From: Planctomycetota bacterium | Lineage (GTDB): Bacteria > Planctomycetota > MHYJ01 > WSZJ01 | NCBI GenBank assembly: GCA_038060895.1 | Contig: JBBTCT010000015.1 | Coordinates: 121,616 to 185,615 of the forward strand | Length of the DNA: 64,000 nucleotides | Direction: 5' to 3' | Shown: piece after piece, positions 48,125 to 56,716 of the stretch | Position numbering within the stretch: the stretch's first letter is position 1 | Layout of the letters: every line of letters begins with the position of its first letter | Notes under the pieces: generated by a model | Database searches by the model: none | What the model saw: only the letters and a program-made list of their open reading frames with translations | What the model was told of the DNA's origin: nothing | Translations under genes and position numbers: made by a program

Positions 48125-49513
48125 GTGTCAAAGCGCGTGCCACGCCCTACGTATTCCCCGGAGCCCTCCGCGGCGGAGTCTGTGGAAGGCGTCGAGCCGT
48201 ACGTCATCAGACTGTTCTACGACACGATGCTCCCGGCCGTGATCGACGAGGGCTGCAACTGGAGCTGGTCGCGCAAGCGGATCCGCCGATGGAATGCGGT
48301 GCCGAGGGAAAAGTGGCGCGAACAGATCCCGTTGACCCGCCCCGGAGAGGAAGTGCTGAAGGTCCGCTTCCCGGGCGGGCTGACCCTCTGGAAGGGCGAT
48401 ACCCTCGAAGTGTGGAAGATCGACGCGCGAGAAGGAACTGCGGCGCTTGAAGCCACGCGCGAGGTGAGGCAGATCCGCTCGGACGAGGATGGGTCCTGGA
48501 CCATCTACGCTGCCGACCGGAACGTCTTCGATGAAATCCGCCAGATCGCGCGCGCCCCGAGCGGCCGGCTTGCCATCGCGCACGACGCGTGGGGACAGTG
48601 GGACGCCGCCACGCGCATTCTGGGCGACCGGAAGGCACTGGCTGCCGTTCAGCCGCCCCGCACGCCTTCGCCCGGGGACTGGAAACGACTGGAGGAGAAA
48701 CTCGGGTGGTCGTTTCCAAAGGACCTCCGCCCGTTCTTCGACCGCTCGCGCCGTCACGAGTTCTGGGAAACGCCGATCTTCCGCGAGTTCGAGACGCTTC
48801 GACACACCTATGCCGGTTGTCCGCTTCGCCTCCTGCATCTGGCAGACGAGGGTGGAAAGTGCGGCGATTCGCTCGGGCTGTACGTGCCTCGGGATGGCGC
48901 CCGCCCGTTCCTGGCTGCTCACGGCCACGAGGAGACGCTGACGTGGCCGGTCACGGCCAATCTCAAGGGCTTCGCGCAGGATCCGGACGCCTTCCGTGGC
49001 TGGCCAGACCAGCGAATGAAGGAGTCGAAGTCGTTGAAGGCGCGCCGAGCCCGGCTTCGTGCGGAGGGCGGTAAGCCATGGCAGGGCCTGTTCGCGAATC
49101 CGAAGGGCGCCTGCCCTGAGCGAGAACTCCTCAAGGATCTCGTCTTCCAGAGGCCGCTCTACGAAGAAGACCCCGATCGGTTCTTCCCTCCTTTCCTGCG
49201 CCGATTCGGCGCGGCGGACGCGGTCGCGGTCTGCGTCAGTCAGCATTTGACGAACTCAAGGAACTGCATCCGTGTCGCGACCTGGACCAACCTGGGAAAG
49301 GCCCTGGACCTCCAGTCCGAGCCTCGACTCGCGCTTCAGGCCTACCAGAACGCGATCACAATGCACTTCGCGTCTGCCTGGGACGATCGCGGTCCGGCCA
49401 TGTGGAAATCGATCGGCCGGATTCTCGATCGGATGGAGCCGTTGGCGAAGAGCGGCGGCGACGCGCTCGACCGGGCCATGATCTCGATTCATCGCGCATT
49501 CACGCGGCGCTGA
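48125..49513 (+). CDS. Hypothetical protein with central SMI1/KNR4 (SUKH)-like motif
   Basis: PSPGDWKRLEEKLGWSFPKDLRPFF and GD.LGLY motifs; TAGGAT 6 nt before GTG. Confidence 0.6.
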   Translation: MSKRVPRPTYSPEPSAAESVEGVEPYVIRLFYDTMLPAVIDEGCNWSWSRKRIRRWNAVPREKWREQIPLTRPGEEVLKVRFPGGLTLWKGDTLEVWKIDAREGTAALEATREVRQIRSDEDGSWTIYAADRNVFDEIRQIARAPSGRLAIAHDAWGQWDAATRILGDRKALAAVQPPRTPSPGDWKRLEEKLGWSFPKDLRPFFDRSRRHEFWETPIFREFETLRHTYAGCPLRLLHLADEGGKCGDSLGLYVPRDGARPFLAAHGHEETLTWPVTANLKGFAQDPDAFRGWPDQRMKESKSLKARRARLRAEGGKPWQGLFANPKGACPERELLKDLVFQRPLYEEDPDRFFPPFLRRFGAADAVAVCVSQHLTNSRNCIRVATWTNLGKALDLQSEPRLALQAYQNAITMHFASAWDDRGPAMWKSIGRILDRMEPLAKSGGDALDRAMISIHRAFTRR

Positions 49514-49551
49514 ACCTTTTTTCGCCAGCCGATGCCTCCGGGCCGCTTCCG

Positions 49552-50150
49552 CTAATCCTCAAACGCCGCCACCCCCGCCTCCCCGCACGCCCGGCGCATC
49601 TCGGCGCGAACCTGGTTCAGCTCGCGGACGTCGCCGATGGACCGGAGGATGTCCGCCCCCTCCTTCCAGCGCTCGCGGGCGGCGGCGGCGTCGCCGAGGG
49701 CGAGAAGCGTCAGCCCGAGTCCGCAGGCGTGCGCTCCCTCGAAGGCGCGGTTGCGCACGCGGCGGTGGATGGCAAGCGCTTCCTCGAAGAGCCGTCTCGC
49801 CGCGTCCGGGTGGCCCGTGCTCAGTTCCAGGCTCGCGAGGTTGCCGAGGACGCAGACCTCGGAGCGGGCGTCGTCGACCTCGCGGGCGAGCGCGAGCGCC
49901 TGGCCGTAGCGGGCGCGCGCTTCGGCGGCGCGGCCCGTGTCCGCGAGGAGCATGGCGAGGTTCGTCAGCGAGAAGACCTCCTGGTACCGATCCCCGACTT
50001 CGCGCTGGAGCCGGATGGCCTCTTCCAGCTTCCGTTCTGCCGGCCCGTGGCGGCCGGCGCGCTCCTGCGCCGCGGCCCGTTCTTCCCCGGAAGCAAGCTC
50101 CGCGTACTTCTCCCAGGCGGCGCAGGCCGCATCGAAGCCGAAGCAGCAGA
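49552..50150 (-). pseudogene. Internally deleted, 5'-truncated TPR family gene (direct-repeat copy IV)
   Basis: FDAACAAWEKYAELASGEERAAAQERAG (early region) fused in frame to GPAERKLEEAIRLQREVGD...AGVAAFED; 49560-50045 nearly identical to 46345-46835. Confidence 0.8.
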
Positions 50151-50185
50151 AACCGGCCGCAGCACCGGGATTCCCCTTGTAAAGG

Positions 50186-51964
50186 CTACTTCTTGTCCAG
50201 GGCCTTCAACTCGGCTTGCGCCGCGTCAAATTCCACCAGATCTGTCCGGCCCGTCTCGACGCACTTCTGGAAGAGCTGTTTCGCCTCGTCCTTCATGCCC
50301 TCGATGAGTTTCAGGGTGCCAACATAAAAGAAGGCCTCACATTTCTGGTTCTGGATCTCGCCTTCATCGCCGGACTCGGCCGCTTTCAGAAACTCGGCTT
50401 CCGGCAGTTTTCCCAGGAGGTATGAGGAGACCTTGAGATACCAGTCGTCGGACTCACCGGCCGTGCGCCCATCGAGGTAACCGGACAGTTCCTTGCCGGC
50501 ACGCTCGCGGTCTCCGAGACGGACGCAGATCAGGAACAGGAGAGTTCGGACGTAGTCCTGATCTTTTGCGTCGACTTCGCAGGCGCGGCGCAATGAGGTT
50601 TGCGCTTCGGCAAATTTGCCGAGCCTGTATTGATACCACCCGACCTCGCGGTAACGCCAACCCTGGGGATCGAGCTCGATGGTCCTGGCGAAGTCCGCGA
50701 GAGCGCCGTCGGCGTTGCCGCTCATGGCATGCGCCTTCGCGCGAAACATCCGGGAATTGACATCTCCAGGTGCGATTTCGATCGCCCTGGTGAAGTCGGC
50801 GTTGGCGCCGGGGAAGTCGAGGAGCAGGCACTTCGCCCGGCCGCGGTTTTGCCAGAGATTCGCCACCAGGGGCTGCAACTCGAGGGCCTTGGAGTAGGCT
50901 TCGACGGCCTTCTGGTAGGCTCGTGCACCGAAGCCGGCATTTCCGATGTAACACCAGGCGTTGTAGGAACCGGGGTCGAGTTGGGTCGCTTTGCCGCAGT
51001 CCTCCATGGTTCCTTCGTAGTCCCCCTTCTGAAACTTCGTGACGCCGCGCCCGAGCCAATGCTCCGCGTCCTTCGGATTCAGGTCGATGGCCTGGGTGAA
51101 GTCGGCGATTGCGCCGTCCAGGTCCTTTGCGCCGCGTCTCGCCACGCCCCGGTTGTGCCACGTGTAGGCGTGCCTGGAATTGACCTTGATGACCTCTGTG
51201 TAGTCGGCGATTGCCCCTTCGTAATCTCGCTTGTCGAGGTGGACAGCGGCGCGTTGATAGTACAGGTCGATGTCCTCCTTTTCCTTCCAGTCCCCATCCT
51301 TCTTCCCCTCGTTCGACTTCTTCACCGCCGCCCGATTGCACTCGATCGCCCGTGTGAAATCCGCGATCGCCCCGTCGTAATCCCGGAGCCCGTATCTGGC
51401 CTTCCCTCGCGCCTTCCAGCACCCGGCCCCTTCGGGCTTGGCGGCGACGGCCTTGTTGAAGTCGGCCATGGCGCCGTCGTTGTCGTTGAGCCTGAGTTTG
51501 AACTCGGCCCGCTGGATCAGGGGGACGACATTGCTTGGGTCCAATTCGACCGCCTGCGTGTGATCCGACAAGGCGCCGTCCAGATCCCCCTTGGCGACCT
51601 TGCACTCCGCGCGGCGCGCGAGGTAGGCCATTGCCAGGAAGGTCCCGGTTGTTGCTTTCCGGCCCCCGGCGTCCACGAGGTACCTCTCGATCGAGCGGGT
51701 GTAGTCGGCAATGGCCTTGTCGTGGTCCTTCTTCGCGAACCAGACCTCTCCGCGCCCTGCCCAGTGGCTTGCCGAATCCGGATCGAGCTTGATGCACTCT
51801 TCATATTCGGCCAGGGCACCGTCCAGGTCGCCATCCTTCAGCTTCTTCTCAGCGGACCAGCCCAATTTGGTGGCCTTGTCACGCTTGCTTTCTTCCGCAC
51901 GACTCTCCCGGGGAAGAAGCAGAAGACCGGCCGTCAGTGCTGCAAGACACAAGATGGAGCGCAT
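50186..51964 (-). CDS. Exported canonical 34-aa TPR protein with NlpI-like C-terminus
   Basis: AGGAG RBS then MRSILCLAALTAG signal peptide; A.ADFT.AIEL.P repeats; C-terminal CEAFFYVG...A..LF..CV; unrelated to the FRHALL family. Confidence 0.85.
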   Translation of the reverse strand: MRSILCLAALTAGLLLLPRESRAEESKRDKATKLGWSAEKKLKDGDLDGALAEYEECIKLDPDSASHWAGRGEVWFAKKDHDKAIADYTRSIERYLVDAGGRKATTGTFLAMAYLARRAECKVAKGDLDGALSDHTQAVELDPSNVVPLIQRAEFKLRLNDNDGAMADFNKAVAAKPEGAGCWKARGKARYGLRDYDGAIADFTRAIECNRAAVKKSNEGKKDGDWKEKEDIDLYYQRAAVHLDKRDYEGAIADYTEVIKVNSRHAYTWHNRGVARRGAKDLDGAIADFTQAIDLNPKDAEHWLGRGVTKFQKGDYEGTMEDCGKATQLDPGSYNAWCYIGNAGFGARAYQKAVEAYSKALELQPLVANLWQNRGRAKCLLLDFPGANADFTRAIEIAPGDVNSRMFRAKAHAMSGNADGALADFARTIELDPQGWRYREVGWYQYRLGKFAEAQTSLRRACEVDAKDQDYVRTLLFLICVRLGDRERAGKELSGYLDGRTAGESDDWYLKVSSYLLGKLPEAEFLKAAESGDEGEIQNQKCEAFFYVGTLKLIEGMKDEAKQLFQKCVETGRTDLVEFDAAQAELKALDKK

Positions 51965-51999
51965 CGGATCTCCTGGTGAAGAATTGGGGTGCAGGTTCA

Positions 52000-52165
52000 A
52001 GCGTGCGACGTTTTCGCGACCCATGGCGTCCGTCGCCGCGATCTCAAGCCCGACATGAATGCCGAAACCGGAGTGGTGCCAGGAGAGAAGGCTTTCGATA
52101 ACCGCGTCGTCGATCGCCCCCTCTTCCTGCAGCTTCGCGAGCACCTTGTGGCGGATCAACAAGGC
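52000..52165 (-). mobile_element. Internal fragment of an IS91-like (Y2/HUH rolling-circle) transposase
   Basis: VL..L..EG.IDDAVIESLLSWHHSGFGIHVG..I...D..GRENVAR matches the W.HSGF...D...E..ARY region of Y2 transposases; merged with the TPR ORF in the track. Confidence 0.6.
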
Positions 52166-52190
52166 GGCAGCGCTTTAAGCGACGACCGCA

Positions 52191-52967
52191 TTACTTCTTC
52201 AAGCTCATCTTCGCGTCGTTGCCGCTGCGCTTGAGAACTGTCGTCGATGTGAGGACCCATTCCGAGTCGGATTCCTCAAAGGTGGACTTCACCTCGCCGC
52301 CCTTACCTTCGGCTTTCCCCTCGGTCTTCACTTTGCCATCGTAAGGATCCGGAGCGCCTGCGGCCGGGCGTTTCAAAGGAAACGGGACTTTCTCGCTGGT
52401 CCAGGTCGCGGTCTTCTGTCGGTATTCCCGCTGCGGCAGTTTGGTTGTGATGTCCGACTCGGATTTCTCGCATTCAAAGTCCCCGGCTGGAACCGAAAGC
52501 TTTTCTTTCGAGATCTTGATCGTGCCCGAGCCTTCGAAACCAGTCTTCTTGACCGGATTGGCCGGCTTCTTGTCGTCAGACTTTGGGACCTCCACTTCCT
52601 TGCCCGGCTCGCCTGGTTTACCCCACCACGCCTTCGTTACCAACCCGGACTTCCGGTCGACTGAGTAAACGATGACCGTTCCAGGCCACCAATGCTCCGT
52701 TTCCCTGTTGGTTTCCAGGAGGATCGCGTCGGGTTCAACGCCGACACAAGCGAGCCGCCAGGCTGCCTTGTCGGGAGTCCCCGGACTGCCTCTCTCCACC
52801 GTTTCGCCCGTCGTCTCATACTCGACCCATTCGCCGCCCTTCAGCCCTGACAGCTCGTACTCCGCGAACATCTTTTCGTACACGACCGGGTCGGCCAGCT
52901 GTGCCTGCGCCTTCGCAGCGCAAAGCGCCAGCAGCAACGCGCTGGAGCGGGCTTTCAGTTTGCGCAT
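52191..52967 (-). CDS. Exported hypothetical protein
   Basis: AAGGAG RBS; signal peptide; G.WVEY, E.LSVPAG.F.C and W.SEKVP motifs. Confidence 0.75.
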   Translation of the reverse strand: MRKLKARSSALLLALCAAKAQAQLADPVVYEKMFAEYELSGLKGGEWVEYETTGETVERGSPGTPDKAAWRLACVGVEPDAILLETNRETEHWWPGTVIVYSVDRKSGLVTKAWWGKPGEPGKEVEVPKSDDKKPANPVKKTGFEGSGTIKISKEKLSVPAGDFECEKSESDITTKLPQREYRQKTATWTSEKVPFPLKRPAAGAPDPYDGKVKTEGKAEGKGGEVKSTFEESDSEWVLTSTTVLKRSGNDAKMSLKK

Positions 52968-53096
52968 GAATGTGACTCCTTGAGATGTTCGTCTCGGAAT
53001 TGGAGTTAAGCCTACTAACACAACCAACCCCGCGACACGAATAACAGGCGCGCGCGGGGCAACCTTCTGTTTTTCCCGTTAACCTCGGGGTGGATC

Positions 53097-53328
53097 TCAG
53101 CCGCCGGGCTGCGTCACCTCCGCCTTCGCACACGTTTCCCGCCACGCCCGGCGAATGAGGTCGAACTTGTGCGAGTCGCGGACTCCTTCGAGGCGCTCGA
53201 CCGCTTCCTGCCAGGCGGCGCGGGAGGGCGGCCTCGTGGAGGCGCGCGCGGACGCCGGGGAGCTGGAGGTGGTAGGCGGCATCGCGGAGGACGGCGTGGC
53301 GGAAGAGATAAGCGGACTCGGCGTTCAC
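53097..53328 (-). pseudogene. TPR family gene with all repeats deleted (5' motif joined to 3' tail)
   Basis: MNAESAYLFRHAVLRDAAYHLQLPGVRARLHEAA then, frameshifted, RAAWQEAVERL...WRETCAKAEV; TACGAT 6 nt before GTG retained. Confidence 0.8.
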
Positions 53329-53358
53329 TCGAACATCGTACGAGTGGTTCCTGAGATT

Positions 53359-53470
53359 ACACAGAGGACACGGAGATTACGGAGGGCCACAGAGGAACGG
53401 CAAAAAAATCTTTTTGTCCTTCCTCCGTGGCTCTGATACCACCCCCAAGTTCTCCGTGACCTCCGTGTCA
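53359..53470. repeat. CACAGAG/CACGGAG-based palindrome (REP-like family D)
   Basis: acacagaggacacggagattacggagggccacagagg ... cctccgtggctctg ... ctccgtgacctccgtgt. Confidence 0.7.
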
Positions 53471-53575
53471 AAACAGAGACCTGCACCGCCCAATCCAGGA
53501 CCACTCTCACGTCCTCTCTCGACGACTTCCCGTCGTTCCGTCTCGCGCCGCGGTGGCGAGTGGTAGAATTAGTGC

Positions 53576-53827
53576 ATGGTTCGCGTAACCCTCGATTTCG
53601 ATGAACGCGTCCTGGCCTCCGTGAGGCAGGATCCGAGCGGATTTGGACGCGAGTTGCGCCTGGTGGCCGCGGTCAAGTGGTACGAAATGCGCCAGCTTTC
53701 GCAGGAACGGGCCGCGGAAGTCGCAGGGTTGAGCCGTGCCGAGTTCATGAAGGCGCTGGGGCGGTTCGGTGTGTCGCCCTTCCAGACGGATCCCGAGGAA
53801 CTGAGGCAAGAAGTGCTGCGCCACTGA
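53576..53827 (+). CDS. UPF0175-family protein (putative antitoxin, partner absent)
   Basis: ELRL.AAVKWYE...LSQERAAE.AGLSR.EF..AL.RFGVSPFQ....EL..E; TAGAAT 6 nt before ATG. Confidence 0.85.
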   Translation: MVRVTLDFDERVLASVRQDPSGFGRELRLVAAVKWYEMRQLSQERAAEVAGLSRAEFMKALGRFGVSPFQTDPEELRQEVLRH

Positions 53828-53937
53828 TCAACGGATTGGGGATTCCCGGTCGGCCCTCGGCCTCTGCGGATTCGCGGAGGCCGATGGCGTTTTCTGACGA
53901 AACGTCCGTTCCCATGCCGATGCCTGGTACGAAGAAT

Positions 53938-53973
53938 TGCTGCGAATACTGCGATTGTTGCGTTTGCTGCGAT
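53938..53973 (+). promoter_or_regulatory. Four tandem 9-bp direct repeats, putative operator of the Xis/BldC-like HTH
   Basis: TGCTGCGAA TACTGCGAT TGTTGCGTT TGCTGCGAT, ending 19 nt before the HTH start. Confidence 0.6.
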
Positions 53974-53992
53974 CATGTGGTAGCCTGCGCTC

Positions 53993-54442
53993 ATGAACAT
54001 GACATCCCTCACGCACGATCCCGTCGCCCCGACGCCGGACGAGTCCGCCCTCGCCAAGGATTCGAGCCGCCGTCTCGCGCCGTTTTTGGCCAAGGAATTG
54101 AAGATCCGGATTCCGGATTCCAAAGAGGCCATCGTATTGCCAGCGGCCGCGGTCCGGCTGCTGGTCGAACTGCTTTCTGAAATGGCCGAGGGGAACGCCG
54201 TCACGCTCATCCCGATCCATGCCGAACTGACCACGCAGCAGGCGGCGGACCTGCTCGGCGTGTCTCGCCCCTTCCTCATTGAGCAGTTGGAGTCCGGCAA
54301 GCTCCCTTATCGCAAGGTGGGGACGCACAGGCGCGTGCTCTTCCAGGACCTCATGAAATTCAAGTCCGACATCGACGCCCGCCGCCGCGCGACGCTCGAT
54401 AAACTGGCCGAGGATGCGCAAAAGCAGGGCATGGGGTACTGA
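53993..54442 (+). CDS. Excisionase/MerR-like HTH DNA-binding protein (antitoxin)
   Basis: ELTTQQAADLLGVSRPFL...LE.G.LP..KVGTHRRV. Confidence 0.88.
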   Translation: MNMTSLTHDPVAPTPDESALAKDSSRRLAPFLAKELKIRIPDSKEAIVLPAAAVRLLVELLSEMAEGNAVTLIPIHAELTTQQAADLLGVSRPFLIEQLESGKLPYRKVGTHRRVLFQDLMKFKSDIDARRRATLDKLAEDAQKQGMGY

Positions 54443-55014
54443 TGTTCGCGACGTTCACGGCGGTCTACGACGCCTGCGTCCTGTACCCCGCGCCGCTTCG
54501 CGACCTGCTCATGCGGCTTGCGCTTACCGACATGTTTCGGGCGCGGTGGTCGAGCGACATTCACGAAGAATGGATGCGGAGCGTTCTCCGCGACCGGCCG
54601 GACTTGAAGCGTGCGCAACTTGAGCGGACGCGCGACCTCATGAACGAAAACGTGCGGGACTGCGTTGTCACTGGATACGAGTCCCTCATCCCCGGACTTA
54701 CGCTTCCCGATCCGGATGACCGCCACGTGCTGGCCGCAGCAATCCGCGCAGGCGCTTCCGTCATCGTCACGTACAACACCGCGGATTTTCCCGAGGGCAC
54801 GCTGAAGTCGTTCGGCGTGGAGGCGCAGCACCCGGACGTCTTCATCACTCATCTGTTCGACCTTTCGCCTGCCGCGGTTGTTTCTGCAGCGCGTGAGCAG
54901 CGGGCGGCGTTACGGAATCCTCCAGTCTCCGTCGACAAATTTCTCGAAGCGCTCGCGAAACAGCAGCTTCCCGAAACGGTCAATCGGCTTCGTCAGTTCG
55001 CGGCATTGATCTGA
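54442..55014 (+). CDS. PIN domain protein (toxin)
   Basis: VYDACVLYP..LRD.L, WS..I.EEW, LPDPDDRHVLAAAI, IVT.N..DFP; TGATG coupling to the HTH gene. Confidence 0.88.
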   Translation: MFATFTAVYDACVLYPAPLRDLLMRLALTDMFRARWSSDIHEEWMRSVLRDRPDLKRAQLERTRDLMNENVRDCVVTGYESLIPGLTLPDPDDRHVLAAAIRAGASVIVTYNTADFPEGTLKSFGVEAQHPDVFITHLFDLSPAAVVSAAREQRAALRNPPVSVDKFLEALAKQQLPETVNRLRQFAALI

Positions 55015-55085
55015 AGCGAGGACCCAGCGTGGGTGGCGTCACTCCCGATCCCCTCACCTCTCTTGCACCGACGACCTCTCGACTT

Positions 55086-56606
55086 TCAATCAATCGCCTC
55101 CACTCCCGCCCTCGCGCACTCGGCCTCCATCAGCGCGAGCGAGTCGTTCAGCACGTCCTTCTCATCGAGCTTGCGGAGAACCGCGGCTCCCTTCGTCCAT
55201 GAAGCGCGAGCCTCCTCGATCCGCCCCTCGAACACCAGGAGGGCGGCCGCATAGCAGCGGCAGGAGGCTTCGCCGGAAGGATTCGAGGACTGCGTGCACG
55301 CCTGCAGCGCTTCATCGAGGTGCGTCCGCGCCTCGCGGTGACGGTCCAGCTTGTGGCTGAGGACGGCGAGGTTGAGAAGCGAGACGCCTTCGGACCGCCG
55401 GTCGCGGCCCGAGCGGTGAAGGTCCAGCGAACGCTGGTACGTCCCGAGCGCCTCCTCCAGCCGGCCCTGGTCCGCGAGGACACCGGCCAGGCTGCCCAGC
55501 GCAAACGCCTCCCCCCGCACGTCGCCCATGGTCCTCAGGATTTCCAGCGCGGTCTCGATGGCGTTCACCGCCTCGGGAAATCGCCCTCGTGCTCCCAGGA
55601 TCGAGCCCATGTTGGCGAGGACGTTGGCTTCGCTGAAGCGGTCCCCGCATTCGCGGGCGATGGGAAGCGCCTGGACTGCGAAAGTCTCGGCCTCGTCGGG
55701 CCGGCCTCGGTAGATGTGGTAGTTCAGGAGCCCCGCCAGGGCCCGGCCCTCTCCCGCCCGGTCGCCCGCGGCCCGGAAGACTGCCAGGGCGCGGCGCTTC
55801 ACGCGTTCCGCTTCGTCGTACCGGGCCGTGGTCAGGTACAGCGTGCCCAGTGCGCCGAGCACGACTCCCTCCAGCCGGCGATTCTTCGTCTTCCGGTGAA
55901 ACGCCAGCGCTTTCAGGAAGGCCGCCTCGGCCTTCTCGATCCGCCCGGTCTCGGAGTACAGCGCCGCGAGATTGCCGAGGTCGTGGCCCTCCATCGCGGA
56001 GTTTCCCGTCTCCCTGTGGATCTTCATCGCGCGCCGGTACCCCCGCTCGGCCTGGTCGAGCCTCCCGGTTCTCTTCCAGATCAGCGCCTGGCAGGCCAGC
56101 ACAAATCCCCGGAGGCGCGCGTTTCCCCGCGAATGGGAAAACGCTTCCTCGAGCAATCGCTCCGCTTCCGCGCGATTCCCGCCGAGCTCCAGCAGGCGCG
56201 CCGCGCGCGTCAGCAGCCCTGCTCGACCGGGACCGGACATCTGGCCGGCCAGCGCCCGCCAGTGCTCCGTCGCTTCCGCGTGGCGAAACCCGCGCTCCGC
56301 CGCGGCGGCGGCCCGGAAGAGGTACAGGCGATGCGCGGCGGTCCACTCCGATTGACGTGCTCCGCGGGGCTCTCCGGCGCGAAGCGCGTGCTGCGCGAGT
56401 TCCCCGGCGAAGACATCGGACGGATGGGAAAGGGTGGGAACACCGTTGGATGAGAAATCTACGTCCGGAGGCCGCCCGCCGGCTTGCGTTTCGATCGCCT
56501 CGAACGCCATTCCATGCAGCCGCGCGCGGTCTCCGGGGAGCTGGAGTTGATAAGCCGCGTCGCGCAGCAGGGCGTGGCGGAAGAGGTAAGCCGTCTCGGC
56601 GTTCAC
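55086..56606 (-). CDS. TPR protein of the FRHALLRDAAY family (copy 6)
   Basis: [31 protein letters not shown]; TAGGAT 6 nt before GTG. Confidence 0.9.
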   Translation of the reverse strand: MNAETAYLFRHALLRDAAYQLQLPGDRARLHGMAFEAIETQAGGRPPDVDFSSNGVPTLSHPSDVFAGELAQHALRAGEPRGARQSEWTAAHRLYLFRAAAAAERGFRHAEATEHWRALAGQMSGPGRAGLLTRAARLLELGGNRAEAERLLEEAFSHSRGNARLRGFVLACQALIWKRTGRLDQAERGYRRAMKIHRETGNSAMEGHDLGNLAALYSETGRIEKAEAAFLKALAFHRKTKNRRLEGVVLGALGTLYLTTARYDEAERVKRRALAVFRAAGDRAGEGRALAGLLNYHIYRGRPDEAETFAVQALPIARECGDRFSEANVLANMGSILGARGRFPEAVNAIETALEILRTMGDVRGEAFALGSLAGVLADQGRLEEALGTYQRSLDLHRSGRDRRSEGVSLLNLAVLSHKLDRHREARTHLDEALQACTQSSNPSGEASCRCYAAALLVFEGRIEEARASWTKGAAVLRKLDEKDVLNDSLALMEAECARAGVEAID

Positions 56607-56716
56607 GTGGCCATCCTAAGGAACCGATGTCGCGGGCGCCAACCGGCACGCGTGGAGCTGAGGATCCCTTCAATGACGGAACAGCGGAAAGCGCGCAGCG
56701 AAGGGGTTCCACCTCC

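Noticed and set aside
42591-50150. Diversity-generating retroelement (near-identical repeats as TR/VR; an FGE/CLec domain is present at 27.7-28.5 kb)
   Set aside because: No reverse transcriptase in the window, mismatches between copies are not adenine-specific, and no second copy of the FGE 3' end was seen.
50186-52162. A 658-aa transposase-TPR fusion protein
   Set aside because: An RBS and signal peptide at 51964 mark the real start; the upstream part is a transposase relic that happens to be in frame.
53993-54442. Prophage excisionase indicating a prophage
   Set aside because: It is coupled to a PIN gene in a typical TA arrangement, and no phage genes or integrase are nearby.
42591-55014. 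Classical integron cassette array
   Set aside because: No IntI integrase and no convincing attC sites (RYYYAAC...GTTRRRY); cargo genes lie in both orientations.
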